64,000 bases of DNA from the sequence record PP430345; one strand, 5' to 3'. Below are positions 51,145 through 59,521 of this stretch, in pieces. A program made the position numbers and the translations under genes. This DNA comes from Escherichia phage vB_EcoM-LTH01. The notes below the pieces were generated by a model. That model was not told where the DNA came from. It made no database searches and saw nothing but the letters and a program-made list of their open reading frames with translations. How positions within the stretch are numbered: position 1 is the stretch's first letter; each line of letters opens with the position of its first letter.

Positions 51145-51456
51145 ATGGCTAAATCTAAAACTGACCTGATCACTACCCTGCCTTCTGACCTGGAAGTTCG
51201 TAAGCGTCTGGCTAACATTGTTCAGGAAGGTGTTGAAGCTGTTCGTCGTCAGAAAGATGCTGCTGAAGATCTGAAAAGCATCCTGGCGATCACTAAAGAA
51301 GACCTGAACATCGACCCTAAATTCCTACGTACCCTGATCAACGGTGAATATGATAAGCAAGATGCAGCAGAGAAGAAACGTGCAGCGCTTGAAAGCCAGA
51401 TTGAACAACTGAACGAACTTGATATCTTGATGGGCCGTGAAGTTGGTGAAGAATAA
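51145..51456 (+). CDS. abundant small helical protein, GapR/DUF2312-like candidate (103 aa)
   Basis: ATG 51145 after AGAGGAGAAATACAAA (the track start at 51073 lies inside the promoter hairpin). 9 of 13 Leu codons are CTG and 7 of 7 Arg codons are CGT. The segment ..AEDLKSILAITKEDLNIDPKFLRTLI..ALESQIEQL..LMG resembles GapR. Confidence 0.6.
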   Translation: MAKSKTDLITTLPSDLEVRKRLANIVQEGVEAVRRQKDAAEDLKSILAITKEDLNIDPKFLRTLINGEYDKQDAAEKKRAALESQIEQLNELDILMGREVGEE

Positions 51457-51496
51457 TATAAAGTTAATATCTTAAACTTCTATAAGGAGAAATTCT

Positions 51497-51718
51497 GTGA
51501 ATATCAAAGAAGTTAATCCAGGGCAGACAGTTAAGTTCAACCCACTGGGTAATTATGAGGATCGCTATAATTTGTACGGTGTTCAAGTTGGTGATACAGG
51601 TGTTGTTGAATTCGTTGATGAAGAATGTGAATATGTCACTGTTGCATTCACACGTCAGGACGGTGTTATCGTTGATGGTTTCTACGCAGAAGCTGAAGAT
51701 TTAGAACTCGTAGCTTAA
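51497..51718 (+). CDS. hypothetical protein (73 aa)
   Basis: GTG start 7 nt after AAGGAG. Confidence 0.55.
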   Translation: MNIKEVNPGQTVKFNPLGNYEDRYNLYGVQVGDTGVVEFVDEECEYVTVAFTRQDGVIVDGFYAEAEDLELVA

Positions 51719-51727
51719 GTAACGATC

Positions 51728-51747
51728 GGGCCACATTAGTGTGGCCC
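51728..51747 (+). terminator. hairpin GGGCCACA-TTAG-TGTGGCCC
   Basis: 8-bp stem 10 nt after the stop. Followed by TTATAAT rather than a U-run. Confidence 0.4.
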
Positions 51748-51781
51748 TTATAATGAAAAATACAAAAAAGGAGATACAAAT

Positions 51782-52024
51782 ATGAATATTAATTTTAACG
51801 ACGCAACTTACGAAAAACTGAAATACCTGGCTACTCTGGAAGGTCGATCAGTTGCAGCGTATATCTCCCAAAAGATGGATGAGCTTACAGGTCAACTGGT
51901 AAATGTTGAATATTCACTGAATGATATTCCAGAAGGTACGCCTCTTGCTCATATGGATCTAACTCCAAAGCCACGAATCGTAGATCGTGACACTGATGAA
52001 CAAGATGGTTACGCAAATTGGTAA
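51782..52024 (+). CDS. ribbon-helix-helix (CopG/Arc-like) DNA-binding protein (80 aa)
   Basis: MNINFNDATYEKLKYLATLEGRSVAAYISQKMDEL shows the beta-strand plus two-helix RHH pattern, with an acidic tail. Confidence 0.55.
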   Translation: MNINFNDATYEKLKYLATLEGRSVAAYISQKMDELTGQLVNVEYSLNDIPEGTPLAHMDLTPKPRIVDRDTDEQDGYANW

Positions 52025-52034
52025 AAATTTTTAA

Positions 52035-52058
52035 GCCGCCCTTCGGGGCGGTTTTTCT
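52035..52058 (+). terminator. rho-independent terminator (UUCG tetraloop)
   Basis: CCGCCC-TTCG-GGGCGG followed by TTTTTCTTT. The same 16-mer recurs at 59497. Confidence 0.75.
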
Positions 52059-52069
52059 TTATCTATCTC

Positions 52070-52097
52070 TTGACACCTGCCTCCAGTTCTGTATAAT
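52070..52097 (+). promoter_or_regulatory. sigma70-type promoter
   Basis: TTGACA (52070-52075), 16-nt spacer, TATAAT (52092-52097). Confidence 0.65.
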
Positions 52098-52126
52098 ACC
52101 TATATCAACCAACAACAGGAGATAAA

Positions 52127-52315
52127 ATGAATATTAAACTTACAAAAGAAATGATTGCCGTGTTTATGCAAATTTCGTCAGTTCGTGATGGGATGAGTAA
52201 AGAATCTAAGAGTATTAAGTTACCTGAAGTTGACTCTCTCGTAACACTTCTTGAAAATGTTGGAGCACTTATTCTTCGTGAAATGACCAAGCAAGATTCT
52301 ACTACAGAGGGGTGA
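52127..52315 (+). CDS. hypothetical protein (62 aa)
   Basis: ORF track. CAGGAG SD upstream. Confidence 0.55.
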   Translation: MNIKLTKEMIAVFMQISSVRDGMSKESKSIKLPEVDSLVTLLENVGALILREMTKQDSTTEG

Positions 52316-52319
52316 TCAA

Positions 52320-52784
52320 TTGAAAACTTTTAAAGAACGTATGGAATTGTTAGATAAAGCTTTGTCTCGTGAAACTCCAGAGAGTTTGTTTGAAAAACTA
52401 CAGTCATACGGAAATGCTGATTACTCTTTCGAAGATATGATGGATGAGATTCCTGAGATCTGTTGGCAAACATGTTATTGGAATAACGATCAAAAAGTTC
52501 AACGTACTATTGTATGTGCAGCTAATCGGTTTAAATTGAAAGATGGTGGAACTCTGATTATCCCTGGATCTCGTCATTACTCTAAGGATATGGCAGAAGT
52601 GCTTGATGTGGTGGGGCCACAATTAGTATCTCAGCAAGTTTGTGGAGACGATCAAGGCTTTATCGACCAATACGGTAATTATTGGAATCGTGAAGAAGCA
52701 ATGATTATTGCAACTTATGCCGGACAGGTACGTATCGAACGTGGTGGAAGTGAGAAAGAACTTTACTCGGAGGACCTTTACTGA
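52320..52784 (+). CDS. hypothetical protein (154 aa)
   Basis: TTG start 9 nt after GAGGGG. The C-terminal half has a conserved-looking motif [36 protein letters not shown]. Confidence 0.55.
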   Translation: MKTFKERMELLDKALSRETPESLFEKLQSYGNADYSFEDMMDEIPEICWQTCYWNNDQKVQRTIVCAANRFKLKDGGTLIIPGSRHYSKDMAEVLDVVGPQLVSQQVCGDDQGFIDQYGNYWNREEAMIIATYAGQVRIERGGSEKELYSEDLY

Positions 52785-53056
52785 TGAACACTAAACAGCT
52801 TACTATTGAAGCTTTGCAGCTTAAGATAAAACAAATCGAGTATCTTAACCAGATGATGAAAGAGGGTTGGGGTACGTATACTAATCAGCCTGCCTGGGAG
52901 GCTTTAGGTCATCCATACCTGAACGATGCTTGTAATGGTAATATTCCTCGTGATGGGTTGAAACCTTTCTTACGGGATATGTACATTAAGGTTAACGAAG
53001 AGATCATTGATTCCCTTTACTATCAGATCAGGAAACTCGAAAATGAGAGTAATTGA
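52784..53056 (+). CDS. hypothetical protein (90 aa)
   Basis: ATGA overlap. Confidence 0.55.
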   Translation: MNTKQLTIEALQLKIKQIEYLNQMMKEGWGTYTNQPAWEALGHPYLNDACNGNIPRDGLKPFLRDMYIKVNEEIIDSLYYQIRKLENESN

Positions 53057-53243
53057 TTCTAAAAGTGATTATTTCAATTCTTTAAATGATAAGGACAAGA
53101 CTAAGATTCGTCACTTCATCGTAGAGATGGGATACACCAACTCTGAAGATTTGAAAGAGCATATTCTCGAATGTTACGTAGCTAAGAAATTTTCTTTGAC
53201 AAGTAAGTGTTTAAATGAGATTATACAGCACTACACGGCTTAA
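53043..53243 (+). CDS. hypothetical protein (66 aa)
   Basis: The track start at 53007 overlaps the upstream gene by 50 nt. ATG 53043 is closer to the upstream stop. Confidence 0.45.
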   Translation: MRVIDSKSDYFNSLNDKDKTKIRHFIVEMGYTNSEDLKEHILECYVAKKFSLTSKCLNEIIQHYTA

Positions 53244-53256
53244 GGGGGATAGTTGA

Positions 53257-53589
53257 ATGGGTAAATTAGTTGTTTTGGAAGTTCGGGCAGCAGACTTAGC
53301 AAAGGCAGTTGGTTTCTTTAAATTTGAAGATTCTGAATTTCGTGAGCGATGGGGACTTAACTTACCATCCAAAATCTGTGGTCTTTTTAAGGCAAGTCAG
53401 ATCGAAGACCTGATTATTAAAAAGATTGTTAATCTTGATGGTGTGGAATTTAATAATATTGTCGTTTTCGACGAAGACTTTGATTGGTCTGCCTATTGCA
53501 GCCTTTCAGATTGGATTGCTAAATTCCCGATGGCAGAAAACTGTTCTGTTTCAATTCCTGGATCTTTACTGGAGATTGTGAATGTATAA
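53257..53589 (+). CDS. hypothetical protein (110 aa)
   Basis: ORF track. GGGGGATAG SD upstream. Confidence 0.55.
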   Translation: MGKLVVLEVRAADLAKAVGFFKFEDSEFRERWGLNLPSKICGLFKASQIEDLIIKKIVNLDGVEFNNIVVFDEDFDWSAYCSLSDWIAKFPMAENCSVSIPGSLLEIVNV

Positions 53590-53818
53590 TCAAGATATCG
53601 AAACGATTAAAGAAAGGCTTAAGTTGATGACAGCTTCGCCCAATGTAACGACTAAGGATGTTGATCTTATTCGTCAAACACTTCATGTAATAAATTCATT
53701 AGAAGAGGAGATCAAGTCTCTCAATGTTGATGTAGGTTGTTACAAACATGCTTATGTTGCGTTTGCTGACATTACGAAGATTATGGCTCGGGAGTTAGAA
53801 AAATCGAAACATTCTTAG
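53582..53818 (+). CDS. hypothetical protein (78 aa)
   Basis: ORF track. 8-nt overlap with the upstream gene. Confidence 0.55.
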   Translation: MYNQDIETIKERLKLMTASPNVTTKDVDLIRQTLHVINSLEEEIKSLNVDVGCYKHAYVAFADITKIMARELEKSKHS

Positions 53819-53954
53819 GGGTTATCGTTTTAATACTGGCATTCTACCTCTTCACAAGAGCGTGCTGGATTGGATTTTTCAGTACGCCTGACGGATTACT
53901 TTCGGTAGTGCTATTCTTGATTTCAATATCTGCATTGGATCTATAGGAGTTTTT

Positions 53955-54506
53955 ATGCGAGTCACTGATAAACATGTGTTCTTTTATTCTTATCGCGATG
54001 TTTTTAGTAATCATTACCAGGAGATCTCTCCATTCTCAAACTTCGACCAGAAGATGAAGGGGGTTTATTTCCACACTGGTGAGCATTACATGATGTATGA
54101 AAAGGCTATGCTTTTCGGTGACAAAGCTTCAGCGGAAAGGATCATTAAGGCCGTAACGCCGCAAGGTGCTAAAACGCTCGGTCGTAAGGTAAAGAATTTT
54201 GATCAGGCAGTTTGGGATGAAAATAAATTTAACATTGTGACCCGTTTAGTGTATAGTCGTATGTGTGATAATGGTAATCTCCGTGAACTTGCGGTAGGTT
54301 ACCGTAAAAAGGGTTTGAAGTTTGTAGAAGCCTCGCCGAGAGATCGTATATGGGGGATCGGTATGGACGAGAATCATCCTATGGTAGATGATGAAAGTTT
54401 CTGGTATGGAGAGAATCTTTTGGGGAAAGCCTGGGACGAAGCAACGGATATGATTATCGATGTTTCGGAAGCTATGAATATGATTGGTAAATGTGAGGCA
54501 TACTAA
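53955..54506 (+). CDS. NADAR (YbiA/DUF1768) family protein (183 aa)
   Basis: Family motifs FFYSYRDVFSNHY, YFHTGEHYMMYEKAMLFGD, WDENKFNIV and SPRDRIWGIGMDENHP..W.GENLLGKAW. Confidence 0.75.
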   Translation: MRVTDKHVFFYSYRDVFSNHYQEISPFSNFDQKMKGVYFHTGEHYMMYEKAMLFGDKASAERIIKAVTPQGAKTLGRKVKNFDQAVWDENKFNIVTRLVYSRMCDNGNLRELAVGYRKKGLKFVEASPRDRIWGIGMDENHPMVDDESFWYGENLLGKAWDEATDMIIDVSEAMNMIGKCEAY

Positions 54507-55010
54507 ATGAAATTAACTATCGAATTAATCCCAAGCACAGCTTGGGACAACAACCTTCGGTCTTACCTTACCCAATCTGGTTGGGACAAAGTTCGTCGAA
54601 AGTGCTATCAAGAAGCAAACTACCACTGTGAGGTTTGTGGAGGTCAAGGTGGAAATGGACGTAAGCATCCATGTGAAGCTCACGAGGTATGGGACTTTGT
54701 TGATGGGGAAGTTGTGTTAAGGGGTGTGATCGCTTTATGTCCTCCTTGCCACGAAGTAAAACATATCGGTCGTGCTCAAGCGACTGGTAACATGACTCGT
54801 GCAATACGACACTTTATGAAAGTTAACGGTGTTGACAAGAAGGCTGCTGAAGAATACATTAGGCAAGCTGCGGCATTGTGGCGAGAAAGAAGTAAGCAAG
54901 AGTGGTCTTTGAATATCGATTATCTGTATGAATACATGGGTAAAGATTTCAAATTCAAGCGACCAGTAAAAGAAGTTAAAGAAGACGAAGATTACGGCGA
55001 AGCATTTTAA
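54507..55010 (+). CDS. HNH / zinc-finger nuclease-like protein (167 aa)
   Basis: Starts 1 nt after the NADAR stop. Motif CEVCGG..H.CEAHEVW..ALCPPCHEVKHIG carries Cys4/His ligands. Confidence 0.5.
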   Translation: MKLTIELIPSTAWDNNLRSYLTQSGWDKVRRKCYQEANYHCEVCGGQGGNGRKHPCEAHEVWDFVDGEVVLRGVIALCPPCHEVKHIGRAQATGNMTRAIRHFMKVNGVDKKAAEEYIRQAAALWRERSKQEWSLNIDYLYEYMGKDFKFKRPVKEVKEDEDYGEAF

Positions 55011-55023
55011 TAAGGAGAGGTCT

Positions 55024-56133
55024 ATGGGTTATCCGGTAATTGAAGATTGGTCAGGTATTATCGAAGACAACGTGGTTGTTGCACTTGATCTCGATCAAAC
55101 TTGCTATGTTGCTGCGGCTGGTGCAGAAAAAAGAACGATCATCGCTCGACACAAGGAGACTGGAAGGGAAAAAGAATTTCGCAACAAAACAGAGTTTTGG
55201 GGTCGCCAAAAGAATGTTGTTGGTGGATGGTTAAAAGACCAAAACATTAATATGGAAGCAAAAGCGGTTGCTCGCGGAAAAGAATTTACTCCGTGGACCC
55301 GTGATGATTTCGAGATCATTGAAAAGCAAACTCCAGAACCAGTGGAGAACTGTCTTCACTTATTGAAGATTAAGATCAATGCTATTCTTGAACACGTAGG
55401 ATCAGCAAACGGGCTTGGTGTTTTAGGTGGGAGTGGTAACTTCCGTCTTGCACTCCCGACCCCTGAGATCTATAAGGGTAACCGTGAAGATACTTTACGT
55501 CCTCTGTTGCTTGGGGAGACTCGTCGATATGTTCAGCAGAAGTATGGTGCGATCATTGTGGATGGTATTGAGGCAGATGATTATTTATCGATCCTTGGTT
55601 ACAAAGGTTATTTAAATTATCGAAAGACTGGAAAGTTCAGTCATATTGTGGCATCCTTTGATAAGGATCAGGTTCAGGTTCCTTCTCTGTTGTTTAACAC
55701 GATGCGTGATTCAACAGAGCGTACTTGGAAACATCCTGAACTCTGGTTGATTGATGATTCTATGGGTGAGATCTGGATGGAGTCTGGAAAGGTAAAAGGC
55801 TGGGGTAAGAAATTCTTCGGTTACCAAATGCTATTTGGTGATGCAGCGGATAACGTTAAACCATATCAAACCTTCGAGGGTCTTCGCTTTGGTGAAACAT
55901 CGGCTTTCCAGGTCATCTCCCCTTGTGCAGACGAGAAGAGTATGTGGTTAGCTATTATTGATCAGTATAAGAAGTGGTTTCCTGAGGGTGTTGAATATAC
56001 AGACCACTTAGGGAATCATCGTAAGTTTTCAGCGGGTCAGTGGGCTTCTGTCATTTTCCAGTGTGTTTATATGAAGCGCACAGAAAATGATAAGACAACA
56101 TTATCCTCAACTTTAAAACGGGTAGGTATTTAA
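55024..56133 (+). CDS. 5'-3' exonuclease / flap endonuclease (T7 gp6 / FEN family, 369 aa)
   Basis: Ordered FEN motifs: LDLD, YKGNRED, GIEADDYL, ASFDKDQ and FGDAADNVKP. Confidence 0.7.
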   Translation: MGYPVIEDWSGIIEDNVVVALDLDQTCYVAAAGAEKRTIIARHKETGREKEFRNKTEFWGRQKNVVGGWLKDQNINMEAKAVARGKEFTPWTRDDFEIIEKQTPEPVENCLHLLKIKINAILEHVGSANGLGVLGGSGNFRLALPTPEIYKGNREDTLRPLLLGETRRYVQQKYGAIIVDGIEADDYLSILGYKGYLNYRKTGKFSHIVASFDKDQVQVPSLLFNTMRDSTERTWKHPELWLIDDSMGEIWMESGKVKGWGKKFFGYQMLFGDAADNVKPYQTFEGLRFGETSAFQVISPCADEKSMWLAIIDQYKKWFPEGVEYTDHLGNHRKFSAGQWASVIFQCVYMKRTENDKTTLSSTLKRVGI

Positions 56134-56444
56134 TGTCAGGCTTTTCTGAGAGTTTTGATGATGTTATGATCGCTGACGAAATTCGTGCAGCACTCGTTCC
56201 TGGCGCAAAGCGCCAGGTCTACAAGATTGAAGAACCTTGGACTATGCTGGAGGAGCCTTGGAGAATTCAATGGTTTGACAAGCGTGTTGATTCTATCTGT
56301 CAGGTCTATGTTGTTGGTGATCCGTTCTACGATGAGAAATATGTAACTTTTATGGTTTACATGGACGGAGAAGTAAAGAACTATGTGTTCTTAATCGACC
56401 AATATCATTATCTTGATAATACCGAAGAAGGGGAATCAGCGTGA
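56133..56444 (+). CDS. hypothetical protein (103 aa)
   Basis: TAATG junction: ATG 56133 overlaps the upstream TAA stop by 1 nt. Confidence 0.55.
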   Translation: MSGFSESFDDVMIADEIRAALVPGAKRQVYKIEEPWTMLEEPWRIQWFDKRVDSICQVYVVGDPFYDEKYVTFMVYMDGEVKNYVFLIDQYHYLDNTEEGESA

Positions 56445-57019
56445 AAATTTTATCCATCGATCAGAGTATGGCTTCTTGTGCATGTGTAGTTTTTGACGGT
56501 AATGAACCGATCTTTAAAGAAGTATTGAAAACAACAGGATCTGCAAATGCCAAAGACTGGCAGATTCGTTTTGATAATCCTGTTGAGCAGATGGCATACA
56601 TTTCTCGACACATTGCGGATATTTGTGAGTCTTTCCAGGTCGAGAAGATCGTGCTGGAGTCTTTGAGCTTTGGATCTGCTGGTAATGCCACAAGGGATCT
56701 TGCAGGATTATTTTTCTGTATTCAGTTGACACTACTTCGAGATGGATATAGTATGGACAACATACACACCATTGCACCAACATCTGTTAAATCTTGGGCG
56801 CGAGGTAAATTACCTGGTGAGGAACAAGAGGTGATGAATGCAAAAGGTACGAAGATGGAAAAAATTAAAATGGATAAAGATCAAATGATGAAGGTTTGCG
56901 AGTTGATGGAACCTGGGTTTTTAGCTGGATATTCAAAGACAGGTAAGAACGGCGGGGCTACAGATCTTGCAGATGCCTACTTAATTGGGAGATGCTACCT
57001 TGAACGAAACGGTTATTGA
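56441..57019 (+). CDS. RuvC-like Holliday junction resolvase (192 aa)
   Basis: GTG start overlapping the upstream TGA. Catalytic acidic positions at MKILSIDQS, KIVLESLSFG and TDLADAYLIG. Confidence 0.65.
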   Translation: MKILSIDQSMASCACVVFDGNEPIFKEVLKTTGSANAKDWQIRFDNPVEQMAYISRHIADICESFQVEKIVLESLSFGSAGNATRDLAGLFFCIQLTLLRDGYSMDNIHTIAPTSVKSWARGKLPGEEQEVMNAKGTKMEKIKMDKDQMMKVCELMEPGFLAGYSKTGKNGGATDLADAYLIGRCYLERNGY

Positions 57020-57653
57020 ACGCTACGAATCTGAAGAGTTTTACCAGAGTAAGAAATTAGTGATCTGTTGGAATACCCTCGAAAGGGGGGATTTCATTGC
57101 TAAACTAAAGCACACTGCAAATAAGTTGGGGTTTGGTTCTTATCAGAAGGATCGTAGTGGTTACGATATAAACCTGTTTAATGAGCGATCTAAGCTGAAC
57201 ATGCACATTCAGACGATCAGTTCTGCACAGTGGTCTTTTTGGCAAAAAGTCAGAGGTATGTGTTTTGACGAAATCATCATCAGTGGGTATTCTTTTAAGT
57301 CTGTTTCTGATAAAGCTTCACTGAAAGAATTACTTTATTTGACGAAGCAAAAAGGTAATCCGATTTTTGATAATGCTTTAAGGGTTTTTATAAACTCAAG
57401 TCGATCTGAATTCTTTAAGGATTTTGATTCGAACGTTCCATCAGAGTTTAAAAATAATGTTGACAACAGTCTGTTTAGTAATATAAACTTTCCAATGTCA
57501 CTTTATCGCTTCGGAATGGAAGAGTATTTTGAAAACCCTGTTGCACCTACACACGGTGAGTTCTTAATGGCTTTGGCCTTGGAGGGAGTACATGCGAGTA
57601 CCGAGAGTGAGGAAGCGGCGGTCAAAGAGGCCACTATTCACAGCGAAGGATAA
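56985..57653 (+). CDS. hypothetical protein (222 aa; start uncertain)
   Basis: Only TTG starts (56985 or 57000) are available. Its 3' end overlaps the next gene by 62 nt. Confidence 0.45.
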   Translation: MGDATLNETVIERYESEEFYQSKKLVICWNTLERGDFIAKLKHTANKLGFGSYQKDRSGYDINLFNERSKLNMHIQTISSAQWSFWQKVRGMCFDEIIISGYSFKSVSDKASLKELLYLTKQKGNPIFDNALRVFINSSRSEFFKDFDSNVPSEFKNNVDNSLFSNINFPMSLYRFGMEEYFENPVAPTHGEFLMALALEGVHASTESEEAAVKEATIHSEG

Positions 57654-58170
57654 GGCAACTACACCTATCCGTGTTAAATTGAATAAGGATCTTTGGGTGA
57701 GTGGGTCGAAGGAAATAGCAAAATATCGTGATGAAATATTGCTTGACCAACAGGGAGTTTGTGCTATACTAGGTGAAGTTATGGAGAAGCCTTGTTTAGA
57801 CCATGATCACTTTGATGGAAAGGTTAGGGGTGTTATTGGAAGCACCCTGAACCTTTTCGAAGGTGGTGTACAAAAACTTTGGTCTAAACACATGGAAGAT
57901 AAAACAGACTTGACAATGAGTGAAGTTCTACGTAGAATGGCTGACTATCTCGAAAGGGATTACTCTTCAAGAAAGTTTCATGGTGAGATTGTTGCTGACC
58001 TGAAAAAATATTTGAAGAGATTAAAGAAAGAAACAATTGCAATGAACGCTTTATTGAGGTACAATGTAGTTATCGATGATAGTTTGGATAAAGGTGAAAT
58101 GATAACTCTTTATGTGAAAGCGTTTATCGATAAACTTGAGGAGGGTTATCTGTATGAGTCAAGAAGTTGA
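57592..58170 (+). CDS. endonuclease VII (T4 gp49-like) homologue lacking the zinc cysteines (192 aa)
   Basis: GGAGGGAG SD 4 nt upstream. Motif QQGVCAILGE..CLDHDHFDGKVRGVIGSTLNLFEG aligns with T4 gp49 GKCLICQ..HLDHDH..GKVRGLLCNLCNAAEG. Confidence 0.65.
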   Translation: MRVPRVRKRRSKRPLFTAKDKATTPIRVKLNKDLWVSGSKEIAKYRDEILLDQQGVCAILGEVMEKPCLDHDHFDGKVRGVIGSTLNLFEGGVQKLWSKHMEDKTDLTMSEVLRRMADYLERDYSSRKFHGEIVADLKKYLKRLKKETIAMNALLRYNVVIDDSLDKGEMITLYVKAFIDKLEEGYLYESRS

Positions 58171-58381
58171 CAATAACACCTACGGTTTACCAACCCTGCG
58201 GTTTTATTATCGCAATTGGAAAGGTGATTGTGGTTATCGTACTGTAACTGGTACGCCAGTGATGTGGTATGGTGAATCGCCGTATCATCGTGGCGAACAG
58301 TGGTTTATGAAAGCGTATGATGTAGATAAACAAGATATCCGTGACTTTGCTGTTGCCGATGTAATCGAATTTTTTAAATAA
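58154..58381 (+). CDS. hypothetical protein (75 aa)
   Basis: ATG 58154 follows GAGGAGGG (the track start is 58136). Confidence 0.5.
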   Translation: MSQEVDNNTYGLPTLRFYYRNWKGDCGYRTVTGTPVMWYGESPYHRGEQWFMKAYDVDKQDIRDFAVADVIEFFK

Positions 58382-58391
58382 GGAGTTTTTA

Positions 58392-59486
58392 GTGACTAAT
58401 AAAGTAACTTTTACTGTTGAACAAGTTCTGCAACTGATGAAACACGGTTTGTCTCAGCGCGAAGTAGCTCGCCAATTGGGTAAAGAGTCTCAGGAATCTA
58501 CGGTTCGTAATATGATCCGTCGTGAAATTCAAAAGAATGATGTTTCAAGTGTTAAGGAACTCCTTGAAATCACCCCAGCTTATGAAGATTACGAAAACTA
58601 TGCAGAATATATGCAGCAGAAAGAGTCAGGTGGGGAGTCTGTCGCTAAGATTGAAAAAGATTTCATTGAAAAGATCAAAGAGCAGAACCCAGGTGCTAAA
58701 GTTTTCCTTGGTGACATTGAAACATCTCCTTCTATAGCATATTCGTTTGGACGATTTAAACAGTTCATTGCACCGAAGCAGGTAATTATGGAACCGTACA
58801 TGCTGACATTCGCTGGTAAGTGGCTGCACAACCCATCGATCTTCAGCCGGAAGCTGACTGACTATCCAGAAGAGTTTGCACGAGATCACCAGTCAGATCG
58901 CAAGTTGATCGAAGACCTGTGGAAAGTTCTGGACGAATGTGATATCTTTATCGCACATAATGCTCGCTTTGACCGTGGTTGGGCAAATCAGCGTTTCGCA
59001 TATTACGGTATGCAACCGCCAAGCCCCTACATCACGATCGATACATTGGCTGCACTGAAAGAAGCTTTCTCTCTTCCTTCAAATGCACTTGAAGCAGCAT
59101 GTAACTATTTTGAACTTGATAGTCGTAAGCTGTCGCATGAAGGTTTCAGTCTGTGGCGACGTTGTGTTGAAGGTGACCCAACCGCATTTGAAGAGATGGA
59201 AGAATATAACATTGGTGATATTCCAACGCTGGAAGAACTGTATCTGACTGTACGACCTTTCATGCGGAAACATCCGAACATTGCATTGTTCCACAAAGAT
59301 CAATCAACTATGCGTTGTGTTCGTTGTGGTAGTGACGACTTAGTTATTGAGGAAGGTAAGTCAGCAGTAACGTTCTTGTCTAAGTTCAAGGTGTATCGTT
59401 GCCAGGAATGTGGTTCTTGTGCACGAGATCGTCAGAATGTTCGCGAGAAGGCAGCGATGAAGAAAACGCTGGCAAACATTCTGTAA
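58392..59486 (+). CDS. DnaQ/RNase-H-fold 3'-5' exonuclease with N-terminal HTH and C-terminal zinc ribbon (364 aa)
   Basis: GTG start after AAGGAG. HTH segment LSQREVARQLGKESQESTVRNMIRR. Exo motifs GDIETSP and IAHNARFDRGW. Zinc ribbon CVRCGS..CQECGSC. Confidence 0.6.
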   Translation: MTNKVTFTVEQVLQLMKHGLSQREVARQLGKESQESTVRNMIRREIQKNDVSSVKELLEITPAYEDYENYAEYMQQKESGGESVAKIEKDFIEKIKEQNPGAKVFLGDIETSPSIAYSFGRFKQFIAPKQVIMEPYMLTFAGKWLHNPSIFSRKLTDYPEEFARDHQSDRKLIEDLWKVLDECDIFIAHNARFDRGWANQRFAYYGMQPPSPYITIDTLAALKEAFSLPSNALEAACNYFELDSRKLSHEGFSLWRRCVEGDPTAFEEMEEYNIGDIPTLEELYLTVRPFMRKHPNIALFHKDQSTMRCVRCGSDDLVIEEGKSAVTFLSKFKVYRCQECGSCARDRQNVREKAAMKKTLANIL

Positions 59487-59496
59487 TTTTATTTAA

Positions 59497-59521
59497 CCGC
59501 CCTTCGGGGCGGTTTTTTTTA
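59497..59521 (+). terminator. rho-independent terminator (UUCG tetraloop)
   Basis: CCGCCC-TTCG-GGGCGG followed by TTTTTTTTATT. Confidence 0.8.
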
